A DNA stretch of 63,711 nucleotides, filler included, from Collodictyon triciliatum (taxonomy: Eukaryota), in assembly GCA_043381765.1 (NCBI GenBank). It is 8 parts of 8 records of this genome, joined end to end, with 100 filler letters (N's around TTAATTAATTAA, not from the genome) between each part and the next. Parts side by side here need not be neighbours in the genome. Positions count along the whole stretch, not along the records: positions 34,128 to 43,448 come from JBHJMP010003071.1; positions 43,549 to 52,865 come from JBHJMP010003072.1; 6 more parts are not named here. One strand, 5' to 3'. A model generated the notes under the pieces. It searched no databases, had not been told where the DNA came from, and saw only the letters and a list, made by a program, of their open reading frames with translations. Shown one piece after another: positions 34,028 through 47,000 of the stretch. The number at the start of each line of letters is the position of its first letter. Positions within the stretch are counted from its first letter, which is position 1. The translations under genes were made by a program, and so were the position numbers.

Positions 34028-34127
34028 NNNNNNNNNNNNNNNNNNNNNNNNNNNNNNNNNNNNNNNNNNNNTTAATTAATTAANNNNNNNNNNNNNNNNN
34101 NNNNNNNNNNNNNNNNNNNNNNNNNNN
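34028..34127. other. Artificial contig spacer
   Basis: N44-TTAATTAATTAA-N44. Confidence 0.97.
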
Positions 34128-34225
<98 letters not shown>

Positions 34226-34420
34226 GGCTGATTTCAGGTTTACCGAGCACGAAATAAAATAGACGGGAGAGAATATGCAATTAAGCAAATACCACTCTCA
34301 CATGGACAGACGCAGATGGTGTTTTCAGGTTTTAAGATAACTCTATTTAACGTTTTTTTTATTTACCTGATTGTACATTTGTGTATGCGTTCACTTAATA
34401 TTTCTTTTAATGTACTGCAG

Positions 34421-37036
34421 AGGTTTCGTTCCTTAGTCGACTGTCCCACAAAAACGTAGTCCGATACCACCATTCGTGGATGGAAGAGCTGACTCCATGT
34501 TACTGCGACAGAGACTCAGGAGATCCCTCTGACAAAATACTGGCGGCACCTGAAATCCCCGCAACAGACGGACTTCTTGATGGGGACGACTTCTCAGACG
34601 AAGCTGGCGATTCTGATGAGAACCAATTTACAAACGGTGTTGGTTCTGGAGGCCACGCAAGAAATGATACGTTTATCTTCGAGAAGAAATATAAGCCCTG
34701 CGTCCACTTGGTTTGTACATGAGTTTTACTCGCTTTTTTTTGAAAGACTTTTAGTCTTCTAAATCATTATTCAACTAGTTTTCCCAAAAAAAAGAAGCCA
34801 ACAATAGAAAAAGATTGTATATCCATTTACCTTTTTTTGACGCGCACTTACATTAGAATGGGAAAAAGTCTAGTGCATTGGCATCAACATCAACAAAAAA
34901 GGTACAGAAAGAAAAGCAGAAGCAGAGCCCCGGAAATCTGCAGGCTGTTTTTATACAGGTTTGTATTAAGTGACCCAAAAACGCTATTCGGTGGTCATTT
35001 TGCTTCGCTGACACCATTTTTTTACACGAATTAAAATATATTGAAAAAAGAACAATAATAGAAGTGATGTGTGCACAGAGCTATGTCTAAAAGGCTTTTC
35101 TTTCCTCAGATGGAGTATTGCCCAAAGACGCTACGACAGTGTCTTGACAAGAACCTTCTATTGTCTTTTAAGATTATCAGAAGCATTAATGATGTATGGG
35201 GAATATTCATGCAAATCGTATCTGGAATCGAATATATACACAGTCAAGGAATAATTCACCGGGACCTCAAGCCTCGGTCTGTTTTTTATGAGACCTTCGT
35301 GCTGGTGCAAGATATATAAATATGGATGAAATCACACGTCTTTATAGACTCTCTCACGAAACACCCAGAGGTCATGAATGGTTATACACATGCTTACTTC
35401 AATATTTATTTCTCTCATAGCAACATTTTCCTCGATTCGAACAACGAAATCAAAATCGGTGACTTTGGCCTCGCTACGACAAACAAACCGAAATTCTGTA
35501 GAAATGTAGAGCCACTTCAGTTGAGCGCTCAGGTTTCTTTTTCTTCTCTCTTTGCATTTATTGTGCCATAATTATACGATTATGAACGAAATTCGAAATC
35601 TTTTTCCTAATTGATTTTTTCGTATAGAATGCACCCGATGGAAATGACTCGGAGGAGCCAACCCCAAGCTTCTTTGGAGATTCCGGCGCTGATTTTCATA
35701 AAATATATGATATGAGCCATCTTAATGCCGATGTGGGAACATTCCTATACCGCGCACCAGAAATGAAGGGTCGTAATCGCTACACAGAAAAGGTGAGAGT
35801 GACAGCCAAATAAAAATTAATAAACAATATTGTAGTGGGGGGCCAGCTATAAGTAAATTTATACTATTGAACGAAAAAAGTCGAGTTGCGTCTGAAATAA
35901 AATAAACATTATGATTGAAATATGAATAAAAGATAAACTTATTTTATCCATGTTGATTTCATTCTGTAACTCAATGTATGTAATGAAAATATTTAATCTA
36001 ATTTTTATAATAGAAAAGTTCAAGAAATAAAGAAGCAAAAGTAACTAAAACATTTACTAATCTGCCCAGGTCGACATTTACTCCCTCGGAATCATCCTAT
36101 TTGAGTTGTGGTATACATTCAGCACATCCATGGAGCGCTGCGTAGTCCTGGAGGATTTGCGTCACAAAGGCGTTTTCCCAGCAGATTTCCAACAGAAGGC
36201 ATGATTTCACCAGTTCGTTTGTTTGTTTGTTTGTTTGTTTGTTTGTTTGTTTGTTTGTTTGTTTGTTTGTTTGTTTGTTTGTTTGTTTGTTTGTTTGTTT
36301 GTTTGTTTGCGTTTGTTTAAAAGAGAAATTACAATGCGCAAACACGAAAAGAGAAAGAGAAAGGCTTACTTATAAATCAGCTACGAAAGTAACTCATATT
36401 ATCTGTTGAATGTCATCAGGTCAGCGCCCTGCATCCTGGTGGAGTTGTTCGGAATCCCCCAAGCGAACTAATATCCCGGATGGTTTCAATGGAGCCCGAG
36501 AATCGTCCGTCAGCTTTGGAGTTGAAGACTGAAGCACCGCGCTACATTCGTGGTGGCCGCGGAAGTCGCAGTAGCTTCAACAGCGCAAGTAGCATCCCGG
36601 AAAACGCTTTGGTTTCCCTTTCCTCTTCGTCGTCCTCCCTTGTGGCATCTGCCTCGCCCGATGACCTCCAAGCCCAAGTGCGAGAGTTACAGTCGCAGGT
36701 GAAGAAAAAAAATGAAAAAATAAGAAGAAAAAAGCAAGCAGTAATTACATAAAAGAAAAAGGAACGCAGAATTTCGTATTTAGAACATGTCTAATCAACT
36801 TATAAAAACATAATTGCCATAAAAATAAAAATAAATGAGCTACAATTATGAAAATGATGGCGAACTGACACGACAGTAAAAATAGTTCCACAAGTCGCTC
36901 TGAGCAAAAGGAAAAATTCAATATAGTACTTTGATTAATGATATCAAATGAATAATAGTTGGCCTCGAAAGAAGCAGAGATTGCAATGCTGAAAGAGCAG
37001 GTTGCAAGATTTTCCTGTAAGCAGACTTCCGAGTGA
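34421..37036 (+). CDS. eIF2-alpha kinase (HRI/GCN2-type kinase domain with insert and C-terminal coiled coil), 5' truncated
   Basis: [15 protein letters not shown], acidic insert, [85 protein letters not shown]. Tail [15 protein letters not shown]...SE*. Confidence 0.9.
36217..36308 (+). repeat. (TTTG)n microsatellite, intronic
   Basis: Perfect tetranucleotide run. Confidence 0.95.
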
Positions 37037-37812
37037 CTTTCATTGCAGTAATTTTTCTCAAACAAAGTCATATTTCTTGCGCACCGTTTCTATTTGCTCC
37101 TCAGCCATAACCCATTCGTCAGTTCCGTCTCTTTTTTCTTTTTTCTTTTTTTTTCTTAATCAATTATAACTTTGATAATCTTCATGGGAATGTTGAAAGG
37201 GTGAATGTGCAAGGGTAAATGCTTTCTTTGCTATTGGGTTTTGTGTTTTTATTCCCTGCATTTCCGAAATGACAAGCAAATTACCTCAGAGTATTCTAGA
37301 AAAAAAAGAGAAAGGAATTTCATCCAAGAAAGCATTGTTTCCCTACAATATCATTTTTCTTCTTTTTATCCTTTCGACAGTCCCACTGAGATCTGGATTT
37401 TGGTATATAAATAAAGCAAAGACCTCCCCTCATATGATTATGTTATTTTTAACTTTAAACGGATGCAAACAAACGAAAATGGTTGGGCGGTGCGGTATCT
37501 GATTTATTTTTAGCTTGATTTTTTTATTTGCTAATTCATGATGTATTTTGAAATGAAAATTTGTTCGAGGCACTTCAAAAGAATAGCATACTGACAAAGT
37601 GAATTAAAAGACCCTTTTTTTTTTGTTTTTGTTTTTTAAAGAAAAAAAGCCATTTGGAAATCTTAAACCAAGTGCAAGATTATTTTTCAGAGTTGAAACT
37701 CGCGTTTCTGGGCTTCTTGTCAAGATAAGGGCTTATCATCCAAAGGCTTGAAAGTCCTGCGATGCATGCATATTCTCTTTTCATCACTTTTGATTTTTTT
37801 TCTTCTATTTTT

Positions 37813-39251
<1,439 letters not shown>

Positions 39252-39882
39252 TGCTTGGAATACCAGTCAATTGCCTGTTTGCGAAATCGATTCAGTTTCA
39301 ACAAAAAAAAAAAAGGAAAAAAAAAGGAAAAAAAAAGGAAAGAAGAGTGCCAGTTGTCCTTCAAATTGTGAAAGATATACATAAGGGAAAAAGAAAAAGA
39401 AAAGATCAACGAATAAATTGAGACAAAAATGCCTTCAAATATCACAGGGAAAAAATGGTGCCTCGAAGAAAAGAATATAGAGGTGCGGCCATACAGAAGA
39501 GAAAGACAAACAAAAACAGCGATCTTCAAGCACTGGGATAGATTTTTGCAAGACTCAATGAGCAAGAAAGGGATATTCCAGATTTGTTACATTAATGCGG
39601 AAAATAATATATAATCTAATATAATCATAATTTTGATCAGCATCTCTATTGCATTCCTAGATGAATGGAATATTTCAAAAGATTCACAATCTCTTGCATC
39701 ATCGAAAGCATAAAATGCGATGTAGAAAGTGGCACACTGAACGAACATAGTGCATAAGGTTTGGATGAGGAGAACTGAGGTTTATCATGACTTCTTTCCA
39801 TAATCTATCCAAAAGTGTCCTTTATTTTAACGCTCCCAGGGACTATACTCAAAACCTTTCTATATATCTCTCAAGCATACTT

Positions 39883-40097
39883 CTCCCACATCATATCCAA
39901 CCACTGCTGCCCACACAGCCAATCAACCAGTTGGGTAGCCCACCTGACCGACTCACTATCACTGATTTCTTTCCAGTGCTACCCTCTCCGCGGGAGTTTC
40001 TTCTCCTACTCGCGTTTGCTCTCTGCCATGCGCTCCCACCCCGCCCCTTTGTATGGCATAACCTCGCTACACTTTGAATCGAATAAAGGGGAAAAAA
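39883..40097 (+). mobile_element. 5'-truncated L1-like family 2 insertion with degenerate TSD
   Basis: Close to the reverse complement of 14622-14830. Flanks are ctcaagcatactt (39870-39882) and ctcgagcagactt (40103-40115). Confidence 0.8.
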
Positions 40098-40159
40098 ATA
40101 TTCTCGAGCAGACTTTTCAAGAATTTCTGATAAAAAAAATAAAAAAAAATAAAAAACAA

Positions 40160-41760
40160 GGCCGAGGAAACCGCATTCCCCTCTAGGACAAAAATGAGCC
40201 GTGGATAAGACAGTGGAAAACCTCGGATTGTGTGGTTGGAGGTTTTGTGTTTTGGGTGAAAAGAAAAAGAAAAAGAGAGAAAGTGTTCTCAAACGCAGAC
40301 TATTCTACTCGAGGTGAATCAGCTCCAACGCGATTTCTGGTTGTATTCGAGACTGACAGAAGAGCAGATAAAGTTGTCGGGTCGATGAAAGTACGCACAT
40401 GGCAGTTACTTCTCAAATCGATTCCGACGAGTCCTTTTAACCGTCTATTTCAGACAAGGTTTACATCCTATTTCACTCCACAGGATGAGTCTTTTGAGGG
40501 GACAACGAGTCACTTTCCTTGCGTTTCTTGCTGGGCGACTCAAACAAAAAGAGAAACATAGTTGTTTGTCTGGTATTATCGGAAGTGGCGCTTGACCGTC
40601 CCCTGGCATCGGGACCATGCGTAGCCGGCAGTGGACTTTGCTTAACCGGAGTATGGATACGCGTTTGTGGTTTTAGAAACATACGCTTCTGCTTGCTTGG
40701 TCTGTCCTTAGTGTGAGAAGTTCCAAGCTTGGATTCGACTGGTGGCATTTACACTTGCTCCTTGGTTCTTGGTGCGATGAGCTGGGGCAGGGTAAACGGA
40801 CTATCTTTGGTGGCCGCTGGTTCTTGTGTTGCCTTCGCTTTGGAGTATCCTTTCGGATAAGTAACGAATACTGCCTTGAAGCCTACTGTATTAACCATAT
40901 TCACGCCATTCTGGATGGGTAGTTTAAGGGGGATTTCTTTCAGGGTTTGGTGATAGGCTGCTCTTGGGTCTTGCGATGCGCGGGCTTGTCCGGTGTCGGC
41001 GGTGAAGGGCTCGAGTGCGGGGATTCTGAAGAGGAACCGAGATTTCCTTCCATGTCATCGTCGCTGTATGTGCGTATCTACTATCGCTTTGGATTCAATT
41101 AGGAGTGTGCGTTTATTTGATTTTCCAGCCAGACAAGAGAGGTAAGAGATTTTTTTCTAGACAGCGCAAGAGGCGAAAGGCAAGCAGAAAGCATATTTGA
41201 ACCCAGGCGATGATTGGCAAGCTCAGGCCATCTTTGGAGCCAGACAATAAAATATCAGGTTTTATTGAATAGATGCGCACTAGAGTTTCAAAGTGAGCGA
41301 TATTGATGAGAAGAAGCAAAGACCGCTGCAGCTAACGATTCTCCATATGGGCTCTGTCTCTAGCATGGCCTCGTCTATCTGCTTCAAGAGAAAAGCTTAG
41401 ACGATCTGAGAATAACAAAAGCATTGGAAGTCACAGGAGGAATGACTGCAGAAGGATACATATGGGAGCTAGAAAGGTCACAAGCATTGGGCTCAAGACT
41501 TTGACAGCAAGTTTTCGACGCGATTGTAAAGACCAGCCTTGTGTGCTGTTTGTGTTTGTTGCTTTATTGAAAGGGAATATCGAAAATAGAGGATATATCT
41601 GCGCAGAGAAGGACAAAATAGGACGCTTGAGACGTTGTTGAGCATTCTGCATAGTGGAAGAGATATGAAGCAGAAAGGACAGATGTTCTTCCGTGGCAGA
41701 AGAGAAGGAAGAGAAAATCGTAGAGACCGAAATCCTCATTGCGGCGCAAGGAGAGAATAA
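40160..41760 (-). mobile_element. Rearranged L1-like relic: ORF1 C-terminal half (40160-41080) abutting a decayed ORF2 post-RT fragment (41100-41760)
   Basis: 40895-41080 matches 17380-17580 and continues into basic S/P-rich ORF1 sequence that is missing from the deleted copies. 41100-41560 has WSLQSRRKLAVKVL and KDGLSLP, resembling the post-RT motifs LSLxGR and GGLGLP. Confidence 0.6.
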
Positions 41761-41788
41761 GCAAGAGGGCAGCTGCGGTGCTCGTTGT

Positions 41789-42613
41789 TTATCTGTGTTG
41801 TAGAAGCAGGTGGTCAGACCCGTAGGAATGTAGCAAGGTATAACATAAATGATCTAATATTTTTTTTCACAGTTTGAACCACTCAAATCTAAAAGTTTCA
41901 GGAGGTGAAGCAAAGGAGGCTACAAATAGAGAAATGAAAGAAAAACGAAAGAAAAACGAAAGAAAAACGAAAGAAAAACGAAAGAAAAACGAAAAAAATG
42001 AAAGAAAACGAAAGCAAAATGAAAGCAAAATGAAAGAAAAGAAGAAATACTTGAAGTAGGCACGGATGGCAATGGCTGCGCCGACAACAATCAGGGTGAC
42101 GAGAATGTTCATGACGAGGCCGGAGCCGCTGGAAGTGTCGGGAATGGCAGGCCCTGTGGGGACAGGAGCGTCGGCCTTCGCAGGTTTCTTTGGGGTTTCG
42201 GCCTCCTCAGCAGCGCCCTCGATGGTTCCGATCACGTACTTGTTGAGCATGTCGTACGCCTCTTTGGAGTGGCCGATGTCGTCAAACTCTTGCGTGGAGT
42301 CCTTTCCTGCTCGCAGAGAGAAAAGCAAGACAGTGTCGTTTGTTTGTGAACGTGATTTTTGGGTTGTTTTGTTGGGGCATTGTTGTGTTATGTCAGCAAG
42401 TGTCTTGTGTTTTGTTTCTTTGTTTCAATAAAGGGAGTGGTCTTCGGGCTGGAAGGCTTTGTGAGTACCGCCGCGCTCAATGATGACTTCGTCGCCACCC
42501 GGGTGCTCGTCCAGGAAGCTGGTCACGTCGAGGACTTTGCCTTTGTGGACAAACCAGCAGCTGCTGCGGGTGTTGTGGGCACGAACCTCTTCCCAGGTGT
42601 AGACTTTGCTCAT
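41789..42613 (-). CDS. CYB5: Cytochrome b5 (tail-anchored)
   Basis: MSKVYTWEEVRAHNTRSSCWFVHKGKVLDVTSFLDEHPGGDEVII / GKDSTQEFDDIGHSKEAYDMLNKYVIG, with C-terminal TM LVMNILVTLIVVGAAIAI. The stop probably follows a final intron (41789-41791). Confidence 0.95.
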
Positions 42614-43448
42614 CTTGCAGGTGGTTCTGTCTGGTGGCAGGTCTGTTAGTTTGCTGGTATGGATCTGCGCTGGCTCTGTTTGTTTTGTGCCTGCGTGCGA
42701 TTCTTCGGTTCTTGTCTTTTGCCTTGAACATTTTGAGTAACTTCAAGATTTTTTTGCCATATTACACTAACTGAAGGCCTAAACTGTTTTTTGTTTGTTT
42801 TGTTATGTTATGCTTCGTTTTTGTGTTTTTGTTTTGTTTTGTTTTGTTTTGTTTTGTTTTGCTTTGCTTTGCTTTGCTTTGCTTTGTTTTGTTTTTGTTT
42901 AGTCTGCCTTCTATTCTCACAGAAGGGAGCCAAAGGTAGCTGAGTGGATGGCTTCGTTCTGATTCATTTCATCAATCGCAGCGCGGTGTGGGTGATTGTG
43001 GTTGGAAAGGTGTTGTGGTTCATGAGGGCGTGTGGCTTATGACGCAATTGTGGTTTGTTCGGACTTTGGCTAATGTTTCGTCTAAAAATGTATAAATACA
43101 GATGTAGTGATTGTATATTCATTCATAAATGACTATTTTGGATTTTTGTTGGGGCTTTTACACGTCATGGTATTAAATCAATTTTGGAATTTATTTTATT
43201 TTCGGTAAAATCAATTAATTGGTCTCGGAATGGCCATATATATCCAAGACCTGTACTATAAATTAAATATGTGTCTATATATAGAATACTTATTCATTAA
43301 ACGCATTTAGTTGTCACGGAACTAGCATCGATCAGCGCAGATTCAATGTCTATGAACCTGTTTGCAACTCTGTGTTGTGCGGAAAGGGTTTATCAGGATA
43401 AAGAAGCACGCCCAAACAAAAAACAAAAAACAAAAAAACAAAAAAACA

Positions 43449-43548
43449 NNNNNNNNNNNNNNNNNNNNNNNNNNNNNNNNNNNNNNNNNNNNTTAATTAA
43501 TTAANNNNNNNNNNNNNNNNNNNNNNNNNNNNNNNNNNNNNNNNNNNN
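43449..43548. other. Artificial contig spacer
   Basis: N44-TTAATTAATTAA-N44. Confidence 0.97.
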
Positions 43549-44026
43549 CATATCAAAGAGGAGGTCCAATTGAAGGATGTTGATTTTAAAATCAGTATTG
43601 TGTTCTCATTTCGGTAATATATGTGGTATTATGCGAGAACATATTTAATGACCACATTTTTATCCAATTCCTATACCGGTATTCAATTAGTATTAAAAGA
43701 AATGTATTAACACCGACCAGAAATAAACTGATTCATCTCGTCGGGTTTCTCTACATACTATTTCCTATATATACGAATTATGTGTGACCTATCTAGCATC
43801 AATAGATTGATTATTTTGGTTGTATGGTGCATGAGACATATATCAATAGTGATAACAATAAAAAGGATTGAATAAATCAAATATCCAATCAAAGAAATGT
43901 CGATGGAATTCATCACACATTGGGGGATATATTCCAGTAGTTTAAAGATGTTTTTCTGAGCAAACAGCGTGCCCCTTGTATAGTATTCTATTCAAAATAC
44001 TAATTAAGCAAAGGAATCTTGAAAGC

Positions 44027-47000
44027 ATGTCCACAACCGAAGCAAGCACCGAGGCCAACGCCAGCCTTGTCACCGTTGACGAGGTTTGTTTATGCACACA
44101 TTTTTGTAATGATAATTATTTGATGTTTTAGAATTTATCTGATTACTTGCATCAAAAACTGAGCACAGGCGGTTCTCGAATGGGTGAACCATCAGCTGGA
44201 GAAAATCGAGCTCAAGGCGAAGAACATACATGACGACTTCGTGGATGGCTTCTTTTTGGCCATGCTGATTGAGATGATCACCGGAAAGCCTCCGGGAAGC
44301 TACCATTCCCGCTTGTTTGCGTATGATTTCCATTTCCATTTATATGATCCTCAATCAATCTATTCTTCATGATTTGATACTTAATCGCTCCTTTTCAGTG
44401 ACAAAGCGATTGAGGAGGAGGTGCTTGTTGACGAGAATCAAAGACTCATCCTTGATTGGTTTCTTAAATTGAATGTGCCTGACGAGGCTTCTGCTGTTCA
44501 TGGTCGATACAAAGGTTTGCTTGAATTTCCATTTTTTGTTTTGTTTTGTCATCAACCACTAAAAATTTTTATGCACGGATGAAAATTCATTTGTATTACA
44601 GATATCGTTAGTCCCACCATACATCATCTTATTGGAAAAAGTGTTGGTCATTTGGGGAGCCTAGGCGTAACAATATCTTTTTTTATTCCTTTCAATAAGT
44701 TTTTGATTTGATAGCTTGTCTTGGAATTTAAGGCTGGTCATTTAAAAAAATGTAGAAAAAATGTCGTGAGAGGTACGATATTGCCAAGAAGCTCTACGAA
44801 AGAGCGAAGGCTCCGTTTCCGTTTCATGGTTGGAATAAGATCTACTTATATCATCATTTAAATTTTATGCAAATTATTTTGGATTTATCTGTAAAATATG
44901 ATTATAATGATTTATAAAGGCTTCGGTTTGGAAGAAAAAGGCTCTGTCGTGCTCATCCGCACTTGCATTCTTCTTGACAAGGCAATCAATTAATATCAAA
45001 AATGAAAAAAAAATCAAATTCATTCATCTTCTTTTTTGTGAGATATAATCTCAAATCCAAACCAGATGAAGCTTGCTCGTGAAGACCTGAAGGAGAGGCA
45101 ATACAAGAAGTGGAATCCGGCCCCACAAAGATATGTGACCGCGACACCATTGCCATCCATAGTCTTTGATGAGCGTGTCATCCGCGTATTCCTTTCCTCG
45201 ACTTTTCGTGACATGCAGCATGAAAGAGACGAGTTCTTCAAGAATGGAGCCCCTGAGTAAGTCATCCTACTATTTTATTGAATGGATTAAATAAATCAAT
45301 CATTAAAGGTCATTATTCAATCTACTCACAATTTTATTATATACATATCAGGTTGAAAAGACTTGCAAAATCGAAGGGATTGGACCTTGTTTTTATCGAT
45401 TTGCGCTGGGGACTGACTTCTGAGGACAGTAGTGAGGGATGGGTAATCAAATAATAATTACAACCTTCCATATTTTGTGTAATTTTAATGGCATTTGAGT
45501 TCTAAAAAATGGAGAACCCAAATTTCTTCATTTTTCATAGGTTGTGATTCGCTGCCTGGATTCAATTGGAAAATGCCCATACTTTGTGTGCTCTCTTGGT
45601 GCGCGTTATGGCTGGATTCCTGACCAAAGTAAGACTGATTTGAACAAACAAGCCCGCCTTGAGGAGCTGCTGAATACCAAACCTGATGCCACCATGAAGG
45701 ATATTTGGGTGGAATGGCGCAGTGAAACCAATAGCCGCTTCCCTTTTATCAATGGAATGCCTGGGTTGAGTGTGACTGAATACGAGGTGAAATTAATATA
45801 AATGTTTTATTAGGTATTTTTCATCATGGTGAATATTACAGAGAAATTAAAAAAGTCGTTTTCTTGATTAAATTCTGTTCAGATTCAACATGCCTGTCTG
45901 ATTGACAAACCAGCATGCAGCCGCGCATTCTTCTACCTCCGTGATGAACACTATGCTATCCAACATGCCAAGAGCGAGGAAGAAAGGAGGCTGTTCCATG
46001 CTGAAAGCGAAGAGGCTGTAAAGAAATTGGCAGAATTATTTTTATATTTTTCCAGCTATATTAATATTTCTATGAAATGAAATGATTTGATATTGATGTA
46101 TATATGATTCCAGCGTAAAAGACAGGAGGAGCTGAAAGGGAAAGTCATGGCCAAGTTCGGGCATGTTGTTTACAAAGGAGCGTATCAGTATTCGTTCTTG
46201 GTGACCCACCACCTCACCTATGCCATCGAGCGTGACTTTGGAAATCAAATCGTATCTTTTGTTTTGATCAGCAAGGAGACTTCGATATTTATTGGACATA
46301 GAATATATTGTTTATATTTTGTTCAAATCATACCATATACCAGGTGAGAGACCCTGAAGACCAAGCGCAGCACCAGTTCAAGATGCACCGACTGGCTGGG
46401 TTTAGTGGAAGAAAGGAGCTCCTCAAGACAATAACAGAGAAAGTAAGCTGAAAAATAATGGAATTAAAATGACAACATATTTTTTCCCTTTCGTTTGGCT
46501 TTTCTTATAGTTTAAATTTTGTCAGGCTATGAATCAACTCAGCGTAGAGAAGTCCAAAATCATCGTTCTTGCTGCTGAGTCTGGAATTGGTAAGTCGTCG
46601 CTCATGGCTGCTACAGCGAGAGACCTGGAAGGCCTGAAGCATCCTGGACTGAACATCTTTTTCCATTTTGTCGGATGCACTAATCTCAGCAACTACGTGG
46701 AAAGGTTTGTTCTTTTCATTTCTTTCTGATTTAAAGATAAGCTTTATATTAATTTTGCGGCTTTTTATACAAATATACATTTTTGAAGTGTTTCGATTCG
46801 CTTCTGGAATCTGGTCACAAACACAAAAGACTTTACGGTGCTAAAGAACCACGAAACTGGTATTTTATTTCTGAATATTGTCTTATTTTCATCTTTCATT
46901 TGAAATTTCATGAAAATATTGAAAACTTTTTTATTTTTCTCCCAGAATACATAAAAGAGGGACTACATGGCTTGCTGAAAATGATTCAAGAGAAAAACAA

